64,000 nt of DNA from an uncultured Thermus sp. GTDB taxonomy: Bacteria; Deinococcota; Deinococci; Deinococcales; Thermaceae. The DNA lies in assembly GCA_947085095.1 (NCBI GenBank), contig CAMTVD010000014.1, positions 192,001-256,000 of the forward strand, written 5' to 3'. Of this stretch, positions 20,456 through 30,773 are shown one piece after another. The position numbers were made by a program, and so were the translations under genes. The first letter of the stretch is position 1; every line of letters starts with the position of its first letter. The notes below the pieces were generated by a model, which was given only the letters and a program-made list of their open reading frames with translations, did not search any database and was not told the DNA's origin.

Positions 20456-20699
20456 GGATGGCCCGTTCCACGGGAAGGAGGCGGTGGGGTTCCTGCACCC
20501 ATGCTCCTTCCCCCCGCCGAAGGTGGAAGTAGCGTCCCTCAGGGAGGTCAATGACCAGCTCCCCCTCCAATAGGAGGTAGAAGGCGCTCTCCTCCCGCTC
20601 TTCTGGGGCCTTTAGGGTGTAGGCCTTGAGGGGAAGGCCCGGCACCTCTACCTGGCCTTCCCGGGCCAGGCGCAGGAGGTGGAGCTTGAGGCTTGCCAT
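20436..20699 (-). CDS. Small cupin-like protein
   Basis: FYLLLEGELVIDLP...L.RGE...V..PH beta-barrel pattern. Confidence 0.65.
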   Translation of the reverse strand: MASLKLHLLRLAREGQVEVPGLPLKAYTLKAPEEREESAFYLLLEGELVIDLPEGRYFHLRRGEGAWVQEPHRLLPVERAILMELPA

Positions 20700-23197
20700 C
20701 AGGTGGGGGCCACCTCCTTCTTAGCCCGCCCTTTGCGCATGCGAAGCTTGAAAAGGGCCCGCTGGGCCAGCCTGGCCTCCTCCCCGGCCAGGGGCTTTCC
20801 TTGGGCCAGGCCCTCGAGGGCCCGCCTCTCCGCCTCGGGAAGCTCGGGAAGGAAGGGCTTTAGGTCCGCCCAGTCCTTAGGGGGCGCGGGGGCCTTCTTC
20901 CCTTTGACGGCCCTTTGGGGTGGGGAACCCTTGGGGCTTGGCACCAGGCGCGGCTCGTGCTCCGGGCAGGCGGGGTTCATGCAGGCCGCCTTCTTGCCCT
21001 TCTCCACCAGGGGCCAGCCGCAGGCGGGGCAGGGGGTGGGGAGGAGGGGGTAGAAGGAGAGGAAGCCGCAGGCCCGGTTCTCACATTTGTAGTAGGGCTT
21101 GCCCCGCTTGCCCCGCTTTTCCAGGATCCGCCCCCCGCACTTGGGGCAGGCTCTTCCCGTGGGGGTGCCGTCGTCCCGGGTGTAGCCGCACTCCGGGTAG
21201 CCCGAGCAGGCGATGAAGCTCCCGTACCGCCCCTCCTTGCGCACGAGGGGCCTACCGCACTGGGGGCAGGCTTCCCCCAAGGCCTCCGCCTCCTTCTTCT
21301 CCAAGGGCTCGGTGTGGGTGCACTCGGGGTAGCCCGTGCACCCCAGGAACTGGCCGAAGCGGCTCACCTTGAGCTCCAGGGGGCGGCCGCATTTGGGGCA
21401 GGTCTTTTTGGGCACCCGGTTGAGCTCCGCCAAAAAGGGTTCGTAGAACTCCAGGACCACCTGGGGCCAGGGGGCCTGGCCCTCCTCCACCTGGTCCAGG
21501 CGGTCCTCCATGCGGGCGGTGAACTCGTAGGCCACCACCTGGGGGAAGCGCTCCTTGAGGTAGCGGGTCACCTCCCGGCCCAAGGGGGTGGGGAGGAGGG
21601 TGCGGCCCCGCCTTTCCACGTAACCCCGCTTTTCTAGGGTTTCCAGGGTGGGGGCGTAGGTGGAGGGGCGGCCGATGCCCAGCTCCTCCATGGCCTTGAC
21701 CAGGGTGGCGTCGGTGTAGCGGGGCGGGGGCTCGGTGTGGCGCTCCTCGGCCTTCACCTCCAGAAGCTCGGCCCTGGCCCCCTCGGAAAGGGCGGGCACA
21801 GGGGGCTCCGCTTTGGGGCCCCCTTCCCCCAAATGAACCTCTTCCTCCCCCTCCCTGCCCCAGGCCTTCAGGTAGCCCTCAAACCGGAGGACCGAGCCCG
21901 AGGCCCGGAAGAGGAACCGGGGCCCTACCCGGCCCTCGTCCTGAAAAAGCACCACCGTCTGCTCGTAGAGGGCCTCCCTCATCTGGCTGGCCAGAAAGCG
22001 CCGCCAGATCAGCTCGTAAAGGCGGTACTCCTCCTCGGAGAGGTACTTGCGCACTGCCTCGGGGGTGCGCCTGGGGTCCGTGGGGCGGATGGCCTCGTGG
22101 GCGTCCTGCACCCCCTCCTTCCGGTTCCTGTAGACCCTGGGGGCCTCGGGCAGGTACTCGGGGCCGAAGGCCTCCCCGATGACCTCCCGGGCCGCCTGGA
22201 GGGCCTCGGGGGAGACCCGCACCGAGTCCGTGCGCATGTAGGTGATGAGGCCCACGGTGCCCTCGGGCAGGTCCACGCCCTCGTAGAGGCGCTGGGCGAT
22301 GCGCATGGTGCGGCCTGCGGTGTAGCCCAGGCGGCTACTGGCCGCCTGCTGCAGGGTGGAGGTGGTGAAGGGGGGTGGCGGGGCCTTGCGCCGCTCCTTG
22401 GTCTCCACCTGGGCCACCCGGTAGGGGAGTCTGGCCGCCTCCTGGGCCAGCTTCCTGGCTTCCCCCTCCGTGGCCAGGTGGCGTTTCCCCTCCTTCTCCC
22501 CCTGACCTGTCCAGAGGCGCTGGCCCTCCACCTCGTAAAGGGCGGCCCAGACCTCCTTTCCTTCCACCGCAAAGCGGCCGGAAAGGAGCCAGTAGGCCTC
22601 CTTTTGGAAGGCCTCTATCTCCTCCTCCCGCTCCACCACCAGCCTCAAGGCCACGCTCTGTACCCGGCCGGCGGAGAGGGCCCGCTTGCGGAACTCCAGG
22701 GAGAGGAGGGGGGAGAGGTTGTACCCCACCAGGCGGTCCAAAACGCGCCGGGCCTGCTGGGCGTCCACCAGGTTCTGGTCTATGGGCCTGGGCCTCTCCA
22801 CCGCCCCCTTCACTACCTTTGGGGTGATCTCGTGGAACTCCACCCGGATGGGCTCCTTGGGATCCCGTCCCAGAAGGCGGGCCACGTGCCAGCCGATGGC
22901 CTCCCCCTCCCGGTCGGGGTCGGTGGCGATGAGAAGGCGCTTGCCCTGGGCGGCCCGCTTCAACTCTTCCACCACCGGCTTCTTGTCCTTCTTCACCTCG
23001 TAGGTGGGGGCGAAGTCCCGCGCCACGTCCACCCCCAGGGTCCTCTCCGGGAGGTCGGCCACATGGCCCTTGCTGGCCCGGACCTCGTAGCCGGGCCCCA
23101 GCATCTTCTGGATGCTTTTGGCCTTGGCGGGGGACTCCACCACCACCAAGGTGGCGGCCCGGCTCTCTTCCCCCTGGGTCTTGGGCTTCCTCGGCAT
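20699..23197 (-). CDS. topA: DNA topoisomerase I (type IA) with C-terminal zinc ribbons
   Basis: VESPAKAK, ATDPDREGE, SAGRVQS, ITYMRTDS, GIGRPSTY, repeated CPxC...C..YP.C. Confidence 0.97.
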   Translation of the reverse strand: MPRKPKTQGEESRAATLVVVESPAKAKSIQKMLGPGYEVRASKGHVADLPERTLGVDVARDFAPTYEVKKDKKPVVEELKRAAQGKRLLIATDPDREGEAIGWHVARLLGRDPKEPIRVEFHEITPKVVKGAVERPRPIDQNLVDAQQARRVLDRLVGYNLSPLLSLEFRKRALSAGRVQSVALRLVVEREEEIEAFQKEAYWLLSGRFAVEGKEVWAALYEVEGQRLWTGQGEKEGKRHLATEGEARKLAQEAARLPYRVAQVETKERRKAPPPPFTTSTLQQAASSRLGYTAGRTMRIAQRLYEGVDLPEGTVGLITYMRTDSVRVSPEALQAAREVIGEAFGPEYLPEAPRVYRNRKEGVQDAHEAIRPTDPRRTPEAVRKYLSEEEYRLYELIWRRFLASQMREALYEQTVVLFQDEGRVGPRFLFRASGSVLRFEGYLKAWGREGEEEVHLGEGGPKAEPPVPALSEGARAELLEVKAEERHTEPPPRYTDATLVKAMEELGIGRPSTYAPTLETLEKRGYVERRGRTLLPTPLGREVTRYLKERFPQVVAYEFTARMEDRLDQVEEGQAPWPQVVLEFYEPFLAELNRVPKKTCPKCGRPLELKVSRFGQFLGCTGYPECTHTEPLEKKEAEALGEACPQCGRPLVRKEGRYGSFIACSGYPECGYTRDDGTPTGRACPKCGGRILEKRGKRGKPYYKCENRACGFLSFYPLLPTPCPACGWPLVEKGKKAACMNPACPEHEPRLVPSPKGSPPQRAVKGKKAPAPPKDWADLKPFLPELPEAERRALEGLAQGKPLAGEEARLAQRALFKLRMRKGRAKKEVAPT

Positions 23198-23230
23198 CGC
23201 CCCCTATTTAGGGGGGTGGGCCGGGCCTTG

Positions 23231-24553
23231 TCAAGCCCGGTCCTTCCCTTTGAGGTCCACCCCGGGGTAGCTCCGGGGGAGGAGTTTCCGCTCCCAGGCG
23301 GCCTTGTGGAGCTCCTCCCGGAAGTCGGGGTGGGCGATCCCTATGAGGGCCAGGGCCCTTTCCCTGAGGGAGCGGCCGAAGAGCTCGGCCACCCCCCACT
23401 CGGTGACCACGTAGTGCACGTCCGCCCGGGTGGTGACCACCCCGGCTCCCGGCTTCAGGTAGGGGACGATGCGGCTATGTCCCTTGGCGGTGGAGGGGAG
23501 GGCGATGATGGGCTTACCCCCTTCGCTCCGGGCCGCTCCCCGGATGAAGTCCAGCTGACCCCCGAAGCCCGAGTAGATGCGGGTGCCGATGGAGTCCGCC
23601 ACCACCTGGCCGGTGAGGTCCACCTCAATGGCGGAGTTGATGGCCACCATCTTGCGGTTCTGGGCGATGACGAAGGGGTCGTTCACGTAGTCCGCGGGGT
23701 GGAGTTCAAAAAGGGGGTTGTCGTGGACGAAGCGGTAAAGCCTTTCCGAACCCAGGACAAAGGTGCCGATGATCTTCCCCGGGTGGAGGGTCTTTTTGCT
23801 CCCGGTGAGGAGGCCCTTTTCCAGGGCCTCCAGCACCCCGTCGGAGATCATCTCCGTGTGCACCCCGAGGTCGCGGCGCCCCTCGAGGCTGGCCAAGACG
23901 GCGTCCGGGATGGCCCCAATGCCCATCTGCAGGGTGGACCCGTCCTCTATGAGGCCCGCCACGTGCTCCCCGATGCGCCTCTCCACCTCCCCGAAGCCCT
24001 CCCGCTTTAGCTCGGGCAGGGGGTAGTCCATCTCCACGATGGCGGTGAAGCGGGAGACGTGGACGAAGGTGTCCCCCAGGGTCCTGGGCATCCTGGGGTT
24101 CACCATGGCGATGACGATGGGAGCGGCTTCCAGGGCGGCCTTGGAGGCGATGACCTCCACCCCCAAGGAGCAGAAGCCGTGCTCGTCGGGGGGGGAGACC
24201 TGGACGATGGCGGCGTCCAGGGGCAGGACCCGGCGCTTGAAGAGCCAGGGGACCTGGTGGAGCATGATGGGCACGTAGTCGGCCCGGCCCTGGTTCACCG
24301 ACTCCCGGTCGGCGGGGCCCACGAAAAGGGAGCGCCTGCGGAAGTGCCCCTCCATCTCGGGGCTGGCGAAGGGGTCGTGGCCCAACTGCAGAAGGTGGAT
24401 GAGCTCCACCCCTTCCAGTTCGCCCTTGCGGGCGGCCAGGGCCTCCAGGAGGGGCGTGGGGGTGGCGGCGTTGCCGGAGACGAAGACCCGCATTCCCGAG
24501 CGGATCAGGGTGACGGCGTCCTCGGGAGAGGTCAGCTTCTTGCGGTAGCTCAT
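23231..24553 (-). CDS. Acetyl-CoA hydrolase/short-chain CoA transferase
   Basis: LQMGIGAIP, GVHTEM, SGFGGQLDF, VVTEWGVA, IAHPDFRE. Confidence 0.9.
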   Translation of the reverse strand: MSYRKKLTSPEDAVTLIRSGMRVFVSGNAATPTPLLEALAARKGELEGVELIHLLQLGHDPFASPEMEGHFRRRSLFVGPADRESVNQGRADYVPIMLHQVPWLFKRRVLPLDAAIVQVSPPDEHGFCSLGVEVIASKAALEAAPIVIAMVNPRMPRTLGDTFVHVSRFTAIVEMDYPLPELKREGFGEVERRIGEHVAGLIEDGSTLQMGIGAIPDAVLASLEGRRDLGVHTEMISDGVLEALEKGLLTGSKKTLHPGKIIGTFVLGSERLYRFVHDNPLFELHPADYVNDPFVIAQNRKMVAINSAIEVDLTGQVVADSIGTRIYSGFGGQLDFIRGAARSEGGKPIIALPSTAKGHSRIVPYLKPGAGVVTTRADVHYVVTEWGVAELFGRSLRERALALIGIAHPDFREELHKAAWERKLLPRSYPGVDLKGKDRA

Positions 24554-25611
24554 TCTAGGTGGCCTCCTTTCTGGCCCAGGGCCAGGTAAGCTCCCTGGCG
24601 CAGGGCGGGGACCTGGAGAGGGTCGTCCTCCAGCTCCAGCAGGAAGGGGAGGAGGGTGGCGGTGAGGGCGTGGCTGGCGGTGCGGGGCACCAGGGCGGGG
24701 ACGTTGGGCAGGCAGAAGTGGGTGACGCCCATCTCCTGGTAGATGCCCACCCGGCTGGTTTCCGCTATGCCCCCCTGGTCAATGGCGAAGTCCAGGAGGA
24801 CGCTCCCCGGGCGCATGCGGGAGAGGAGGTCCCGGGTGAGGAGGAGAGGGGTGCGCTCCCCCGGCACGGCCACCGCCCCCACCAACACGTCGGCGAAGGC
24901 CACGTAGCGCTCCAAGCGGCTTTGGGTGATGAGGGCGGTCACCGCCCCCGGGGCCTCCTTGGCCGCTTCCTCTAAGGCGGTGAGCTCCTTGTCCAGGAGG
25001 TAGACCAAGGCCCCTGCCCCCAGGAAGGCCCGGGCCGCGGCCCGGCCCAGCACCCCCGCTCCCAGGATCACCACGTCGGCGGGGGGGATGCCGGGAAGGC
25101 CGGAGAGGAGAACCCCGGGGCCCAGGGGGGCCTCGAGGAGCCGCCCGGCGATCTGGGGGGCGAGCCTCCCGGCGATCTCGCTCATGGCCTTGAGGACGGG
25201 GCGCTTTTCCCCGTCCCCCACCAGCTCATAACCGATGGCGGTGAGGCCCTTCTCCGCCATGGCCTCAATGAGGCCCGACTCCGCGGTGGCCAGGTGCAGA
25301 AAGCCCATCAGGGTGGCCTCGGGGCGGAGGAGTTCCACCTCCTCGAGGGTGGGCCTGGCCACCTTCAGCACCACCTCGCCCCGGCCGAAGGCCTCTTCCC
25401 GGCTCACCAGCCGGGCCCCAGCCGCTTCGTAAAGGGCGTCGGGGAAGCCCGCCCTCTCCCCGGCCCCCCGCTCCACGTAGACCCGGTGCCCCTTGGCGGA
25501 AAGCTCCCGCACCCCTTGGGGGGTGAGGGCCACCCGGCCTTCCCGCACCTCCTCCCCGAAAGGGGGGAGGGTCTTGAGCCCTAGGCGTTCCTTGGGCAAC
25601 CCTATGTCCAT
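24550..25611 (-). CDS. Alanine dehydrogenase-like protein (catalytic Lys apparently absent)
   Basis: IGLPKE, EGRVALTP, MSEIAGR, GAGVLG, AIDQGG, NVPALVPRTAS; KVARP in place of KVKEP. Confidence 0.8.
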   Translation of the reverse strand: MDIGLPKERLGLKTLPPFGEEVREGRVALTPQGVRELSAKGHRVYVERGAGERAGFPDALYEAAGARLVSREEAFGRGEVVLKVARPTLEEVELLRPEATLMGFLHLATAESGLIEAMAEKGLTAIGYELVGDGEKRPVLKAMSEIAGRLAPQIAGRLLEAPLGPGVLLSGLPGIPPADVVILGAGVLGRAAARAFLGAGALVYLLDKELTALEEAAKEAPGAVTALITQSRLERYVAFADVLVGAVAVPGERTPLLLTRDLLSRMRPGSVLLDFAIDQGGIAETSRVGIYQEMGVTHFCLPNVPALVPRTASHALTATLLPFLLELEDDPLQVPALRQGAYLALGQKGGHLE

Positions 25612-25696
25612 ACCCACCTCCCACCCGAGCTTACGCCAGGGCGCAAAGGCGGATGTCCCTTTTCCTTCTCATGGGCCTCCCCCTTAGGCTTTTCTC

Positions 25697-26176
25697 GTGG
25701 AGGCCTTTGCCGACTGGCTCTTTGTGGTCCTTTGGGTCCTTGGGGTACTCCTCACCTTTGTCCCCTTCGTCCCGGCCACCCTGGTCGTCCTCCTGGCGGC
25801 CTTTTTGCACGAGCTCCTCGTGGGCTTCCGGGAGCTTTCCTTGGGAACCTGGCTCCTCCTTGGGGTCCTGGCCCTTTTGGCCATGACCCTGGACAACGTG
25901 GCCGCCCTTCTCGGGGCCAAGCGCTACGGGGCGGGACGGGCTGGGCTCTGGGGGGCGTTTATCGGCGGCCTTTTGGGCCTTTTCTTGGGCGTATTGGGAA
26001 TCCTCCTCCTCCCCTTCCTCCTGGCCTGGCTCTTTGAGTACCTCTCGGGCCGGACACCTGGGGAGGCCTTGAGGGCCGCCTGGGGCACCCTGGTGGGCCT
26101 CATGGGGGGCGTGGTGGCCAAGGTTCTGGTCCACCTGGCCATGGGGCTTTTGGTGGTGCGGGCCATCTTCCAGTAG
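25697..26176 (+). CDS. DUF456-family membrane protein
   Basis: Hydrophobic; LGAKRYGAGRAGLWGAFIG pattern. Confidence 0.8.
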   Translation: MEAFADWLFVVLWVLGVLLTFVPFVPATLVVLLAAFLHELLVGFRELSLGTWLLLGVLALLAMTLDNVAALLGAKRYGAGRAGLWGAFIGGLLGLFLGVLGILLLPFLLAWLFEYLSGRTPGEALRAAWGTLVGLMGGVVAKVLVHLAMGLLVVRAIFQ

Positions 26177-26186
26177 GCTTAGGCCC

Positions 26187-26426
26187 ATGGGCTTGGTCTT
26201 GGTCACCCGGGAGGGGTGCGGGCTTTGTGAGAGGGCGGAGCGGGCCCTTTGGACCCTGGGGGTGCCCTACGTGCGGCGGGAAGTGGACCGGGAGCCGGAG
26301 CTTTCCCCCTATGGCCTCCGCGTGCCCGTCCTCCTTTGGGAAAGCGGGGAGGTGCTCTTAGAAGGCGCTTTTGGCGAAAGGGAACTCTTGGCCCTTATGG
26401 AAAGACCCTTAGGAGGTGAGGCGTGA
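26187..26426 (+). CDS. Glutaredoxin-like protein (DUF836)
   Basis: CGLC motif, RVPVL. Confidence 0.8.
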   Translation: MGLVLVTREGCGLCERAERALWTLGVPYVRREVDREPELSPYGLRVPVLLWESGEVLLEGAFGERELLALMERPLGGEA

Positions 26427-27265
26427 ATCCCACCATGATAGAGATCGGTCCTTTGCGCATCCAGTGGTACGGCTTTCTCCTTACCCTGGCCATCCTCATC
26501 GGCTTTGAGCTGGCCAAGCGCCGGCTGAAGGCCTGGGGCTTTGACCCGGAGAAGTTTGAGACCGTGGCCTTCTTTGCCGTGGTCTTTGGCGTGGTGGGGG
26601 CCAGGCTGGGTTACGTCCTCACTTCTCCCGGATACTTCCTGGAAAACCCCGTGGAGATCCTCTACATCTGGCACGGGGGCCTCTCCTTCCACGGGGCCAT
26701 TTTGGGCGGGGCCTTGGTTTTCTTCTACTACCACAAGAAGAAGGGTTACCCCCTCTGGCCCTACCTGGACGCCACCGCCCCGGGGGTGGCCTTGGGCATC
26801 CTCGCCGGGCGCATCGGCAACCTGATGAACGGCTCGGACACTGCAGGCCGCCTCACCACCCTGCCCATCGGCTTCACCTGGCCGGAGTGGGCCAAGGGCT
26901 TTCCTGGGGTCTGCCCCGGGATTGACGACATCACCCAGGTCTACCAGTGCGCGGAGCTCCTCAGGGGCCCGGTCCACCTCACCCAGGTCTACGGGGCCCT
27001 GGTGGGGCTCATCCTCCTGCCCCTGTCCTACTACTGGCTCAGGAAGAAGCCCTTCTACGGCTACGCTTTCTGGCAACTGATCCTCTGGTACAGCGTCTTG
27101 CGCTCGGTTTTGGAGGAGCCCTTCCGCCTCAACCCCCTCTGGCTCCCGGTTTACCGGAACGAGGAGCTGGGGATCGGCCTCTTCACCGCCACCCAGGTGG
27201 TGAGCCTCCCCCTGATCCTGCTTTCCCTCTACATGCTGAGGCGGCTTCGCACCCAGACTGGCTAA
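26423..27265 (+). CDS. lgt: Prolipoprotein diacylglyceryl transferase
   Basis: WYG, GARLGY, GGLSFHG, GRIGN, H.TQ.Y. Confidence 0.95.
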   Translation: MNPTMIEIGPLRIQWYGFLLTLAILIGFELAKRRLKAWGFDPEKFETVAFFAVVFGVVGARLGYVLTSPGYFLENPVEILYIWHGGLSFHGAILGGALVFFYYHKKKGYPLWPYLDATAPGVALGILAGRIGNLMNGSDTAGRLTTLPIGFTWPEWAKGFPGVCPGIDDITQVYQCAELLRGPVHLTQVYGALVGLILLPLSYYWLRKKPFYGYAFWQLILWYSVLRSVLEEPFRLNPLWLPVYRNEELGIGLFTATQVVSLPLILLSLYMLRRLRTQTG

Positions 27266-27274
27266 GATAGAGGC

Positions 27275-28639
27275 ATGCACGCCCACGTGATTCTGGCCGC
27301 GGGGCAGGGGACCAGGATGAGGTCCCGCCTGCCCAAGGTGCTCCACCCCCTTTTGGGTAAGCCCATGCTGGCCTACGCCGTGGAGGCCGCCTTGGCCTTG
27401 GCCCCGGAGAAGCTGGTGGTGGTGGTGGGCCACGGGGCCGAGGCGGTGAAGGAGGCCCTGAAGGGCTACCCCGTGGTCTTCGCCGAGCAGAAGGAGCAGC
27501 TGGGCACCGCCCACGCCCTCCTGCAGGCGGAAAGCCTCCTGGGGGGTTTCCCTGGCCCCTTCCTGGTCACCCAGGGGGACACCCCCCTCCTCCGCCCCGA
27601 GACCCTGAAGGCCCTTTTGGCGGGGGTGCGGGAGGGGGCGGGCATGGCCCTCCTCACCGTGGAGCTCCCTGACCCCACGGGCTACGGCCGGATCCTTAGG
27701 GAGGGGGAGGAGGTCCTGGGCAACGTGGAGGAGAAGGACGCCCCTCCCGAGGTCAAGGCCCTGAAGGAGGTGAACGCTGGAGCCTACGCCTTGGATGGCT
27801 TCCTCTTCCAGGCCCTCAAGGGGGTGCAGAACGAGAACGCCGCCCGGGAGTACTACCTCCCCGACCTCATCGCCATCTATCGGGCTCATGGGAGGAAGGT
27901 GGTGGCGGTGCGGGGGGTGGCGGAGGAGGCCTTAGGGGTGAATACCCGGGAGGAGCTTTCCCGGGTAGAGGAGATTTTCTTGAGGGCTCTCCGCTCCCAC
28001 TGGATGCGCCAGGGGGTGCGGATGGTCCTGCCGGAGAGCATCTACCTGGAGCCCACGGTGGAGCTTTCCCCCGATGTTACCCTCTGGCCTGGGGTGATCC
28101 TCAAGGGGCGGACCCGGATTGGGGAAGGGTGCGAGGTGGGGGCCTATAGCGTCCTGGAGGACACCATCCTGGAGGCCGGGGCCCGGGTTCACGCCCACAC
28201 CGTGGCCCAGGGGGCCCACCTCTTCCCGGGGGCGGAGGCCGGGCCTTTCGCCCGTTTGCGCCCCGGGGCGGTCCTCAGGGAAGAGGTCCACGTGGGCAAC
28301 TTCGTGGAGGTGAAGAAGAGCCTCCTCCACAAAGGGGTCAAGGCGGGCCACCTCGCCTACCTGGGGGATGCCGAGGTGGGGGAGGGGACGAACATCGGGG
28401 CTGGGGTCATCACCGCCAACTACGACGGGAAGCGAAAGCACAAGACCGAGATCGGCAAGAGGGCCTTCATCGGCTCGGATAGCGTCCTGGTGGCCCCGGT
28501 GAAGGTGGGGGATAAGGCCATGGTGGGGGCGGGGAGCGTCATCACCCAGGACGTGCCGGAAGGGGCCTTGGCCGTGGCCCGGGGGCGGCAGCGGAACCTC
28601 GAGGGCTACGCCCTGAAGAAGCTTTCGGAGGAAGGGTAG
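27275..28639 (+). CDS. glmU: Bifunctional UDP-GlcNAc pyrophosphorylase/glucosamine-1-P acetyltransferase
   Basis: LAAGQGTRM, EQLGTAHA, GYGRI, hexapeptide repeats, GNFVEVK, NYDG. Confidence 0.97.
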   Translation: MHAHVILAAGQGTRMRSRLPKVLHPLLGKPMLAYAVEAALALAPEKLVVVVGHGAEAVKEALKGYPVVFAEQKEQLGTAHALLQAESLLGGFPGPFLVTQGDTPLLRPETLKALLAGVREGAGMALLTVELPDPTGYGRILREGEEVLGNVEEKDAPPEVKALKEVNAGAYALDGFLFQALKGVQNENAAREYYLPDLIAIYRAHGRKVVAVRGVAEEALGVNTREELSRVEEIFLRALRSHWMRQGVRMVLPESIYLEPTVELSPDVTLWPGVILKGRTRIGEGCEVGAYSVLEDTILEAGARVHAHTVAQGAHLFPGAEAGPFARLRPGAVLREEVHVGNFVEVKKSLLHKGVKAGHLAYLGDAEVGEGTNIGAGVITANYDGKRKHKTEIGKRAFIGSDSVLVAPVKVGDKAMVGAGSVITQDVPEGALAVARGRQRNLEGYALKKLSEEG

Positions 28640-28684
28640 CCCCCTTCATCCCCCATTCAGCTTTCCGGTGGTAGACTAGAGGGC

Positions 28685-28909
28685 ATGAACCTGGGCATGC
28701 CGGAAATCCTGGTGATCCTGGTGGTGGCCCTCCTCATCTTTGGGCCCAAGAAGCTTCCCGAGCTGGGGCGCTCCCTGGGCCAGAGCATCCGCGAGTTCAA
28801 GCGGGGGGCCCAGGAGATCCGCGAGGAGCTGGAGAAGAGCGTGGAGGTCAAGGAGGTTAAGGAAGAACCCAAGCAGGGGGCCAAGCCCCAGGAGGAGACC
28901 AAGGCTTGA
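28685..28909 (+). CDS. tatA: Tat translocase subunit TatA
   Basis: LLIFGPKKLPELGRSLG.SIREFK. Confidence 0.95.
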   Translation: MNLGMPEILVILVVALLIFGPKKLPELGRSLGQSIREFKRGAQEIREELEKSVEVKEVKEEPKQGAKPQEETKA

Positions 28910-29649
28910 AGGAAGCCCCCCTGGTAGAACATCTAGAGGAACTCCGCACCCGCCTCATCTGGGCCCTCCTTTCCTGGGCGGTGGGGGTTGGGGTGGCCTG
29001 GACGTTTAGGGTGGAGCTTCTGGAGTGGCTGAGGCGCCCTTTGGACCTGGCGGCCAAGGCCAACAACATCCAGGTGAACCTCATCGTCCTGGACATCACC
29101 GAACCCTTCTTGGTCTCCTTGAAGGTGGCCGCTTTTGGGGGCCTCGTCCTCGCCCTGCCCTTCATCGTTTACCAGGTCTGGGCCTTCATCGCCCCGGGGC
29201 TTTACGAGCACGAGAAGCGCCTGGCCGTCCCCTTCCTGCTGGGGGCGGGCTTCAGCTTCGCCCTGGGGGCCCTCTTCGCCTACTACGGCTTTTTGCCCTT
29301 CGCCATCCCCTTCCTCCTGGGCTTTCTGGGGGACGTGATCACCCCCCAGATCTCCATCGGCCGGTACATGGGCCAGGTCCTCATGATGATGACGGTCTTG
29401 GGTCTGGTCTTTGAGATGCCGGTGGTGAGCTACCTCCTGGCCCGGCTCGGTATCCTCTCCTCGGACTTCCTGGCCCGCAACTGGCGGATCGCCGTGGTTC
29501 TCCTCCTCGCCCTGGCGGCGGTCATCACCCCCACGGTGGACGTGGTGAGCCTCACCATCGTCACCGGGCCCCTCCTGGTCCTTTACTGGATCTCGGTCCT
29601 GGTGGCCCGGGTGGCGGAAAGGAGGAGGCCCAAGGAGGAGACCGCTTGA
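28906..29649 (+). CDS. tatC: Tat translocase subunit TatC
   Basis: HLEELRTR, YQVWAFIAPGLYEHE, FEMP, ITP. Confidence 0.95.
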   Translation: MKEAPLVEHLEELRTRLIWALLSWAVGVGVAWTFRVELLEWLRRPLDLAAKANNIQVNLIVLDITEPFLVSLKVAAFGGLVLALPFIVYQVWAFIAPGLYEHEKRLAVPFLLGAGFSFALGALFAYYGFLPFAIPFLLGFLGDVITPQISIGRYMGQVLMMMTVLGLVFEMPVVSYLLARLGILSSDFLARNWRIAVVLLLALAAVITPTVDVVSLTIVTGPLLVLYWISVLVARVAERRRPKEETA

Positions 29650-29682
29650 CAGCCAGGGGGAGCTTTCCCCATAAAATAGCCC

Positions 29683-30759
29683 ATGGACGAGCGCATCCAG
29701 GCCCTTAGAAGGGAGGTGGACCGGGTCAACCGGGAGCTCCTTCGGCTCCTTTCCGAGAGGGGCCGCCTGGTGCAGGAGATCGGCCGCATCCAGACCGAGC
29801 TGGGCCTCCCCCACTACGACCCCAAGCGGGAGGAGGAGATGCTCGCCTACCTCACCCGGGAGAACCCGGGCCCCTTCCCCAACGAGACCATCAAGAAGCT
29901 CTTCAAGGAGATCTTCAAGGCGAGCCTGGACCTCGAGGAGAAGGAGGACCAGAAGAAGTTCCTCTACTCCAAGAAGGCCAAGCCCGAGCCCACCCAGGTG
30001 CGGGTGAAGGACGTGGTCTTCGGGGAAAGCCCCCTCCTCATCGCCGGGCCCTGCTCCATAGAGGGCGAGGAGCAGATGATGGAAACCGCCCGCTTCCTGG
30101 CGTCCAAGGGGGTGAGGGTCTTAAGGGGCGGGGCCTTCAAGCCCAGGACCAGCCCCTACGGCTTCCAGGGCCTGGGGGTGGAGGGGCTGAAGCTGGGGAG
30201 GTGGGCGGCGGACGCCTTCGGCATGGTCTTCGTCACCGAGGTCATGGACACCCGGGACGTGGAGGTGGTGGCGGAGTACGCCCACATCCTCCAGATCGGG
30301 GCCAGGAACATGCAGAACTTCGCCCTCCTCAAGGAGGTGGGGCGGGTGGGAAAACCCGTCCTCCTCAAAAGGGGGCTTTCCGCCACCATGGAGGAGTGGT
30401 TCTACGCCGCCGAGTACATCCTTTCCCAGGGGAACGAACAGGTGATCCTGGCGGAGAGGGGGATCCGCACCTTTGAGCGCTGGACCAGGAACACCCTGGA
30501 CCTCTCGGCCGTGGCCCTGGCCAAGCAGGAGACCCACCTCCCGGTGGTCGTGGACGTGACCCACGCCGCCGGGCGCACCGACCTCCTGGCCCCCCTGGCC
30601 CGGGCCGCCTTGGCGGTGGGGGCGGACGGGGTGCACGTGGAGGTCCACCCCAACCCCAAGGTGGCCCTCTCCGACAACCAGCAACAGCTGGACTTCGCCC
30701 AGTTTGAGCGCTTCCTGGAGGCCATCCAAGACCTCCTCCAGGCTCCCCCTAGACCCTAG
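29683..30759 (+). CDS. Bifunctional chorismate mutase / DAHP synthase (type I-beta)
   Basis: N-terminal CM (LRREVD, DPKREEEM); IAGPCS, FKPRTSPY, QIGARNMQNF, LKRG. Confidence 0.93.
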   Translation: MDERIQALRREVDRVNRELLRLLSERGRLVQEIGRIQTELGLPHYDPKREEEMLAYLTRENPGPFPNETIKKLFKEIFKASLDLEEKEDQKKFLYSKKAKPEPTQVRVKDVVFGESPLLIAGPCSIEGEEQMMETARFLASKGVRVLRGGAFKPRTSPYGFQGLGVEGLKLGRWAADAFGMVFVTEVMDTRDVEVVAEYAHILQIGARNMQNFALLKEVGRVGKPVLLKRGLSATMEEWFYAAEYILSQGNEQVILAERGIRTFERWTRNTLDLSAVALAKQETHLPVVVDVTHAAGRTDLLAPLARAALAVGADGVHVEVHPNPKVALSDNQQQLDFAQFERFLEAIQDLLQAPPRP

Positions 30760-30773
30760 ACCCCCAATCCCCC

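Noticed and set aside
21737..24010. 757-aa plus-strand ORF, and similar long ORFs such as 43439-45079, 26309-27889, 16344-17777 and 10392-11606
   Set aside because: These are antisense shadows of well-supported genes (topA/CoA transferase, hrpB, lgt/glmU and others). Long stop-free opposite frames are expected at this GC content, and they have no recognisable motifs.
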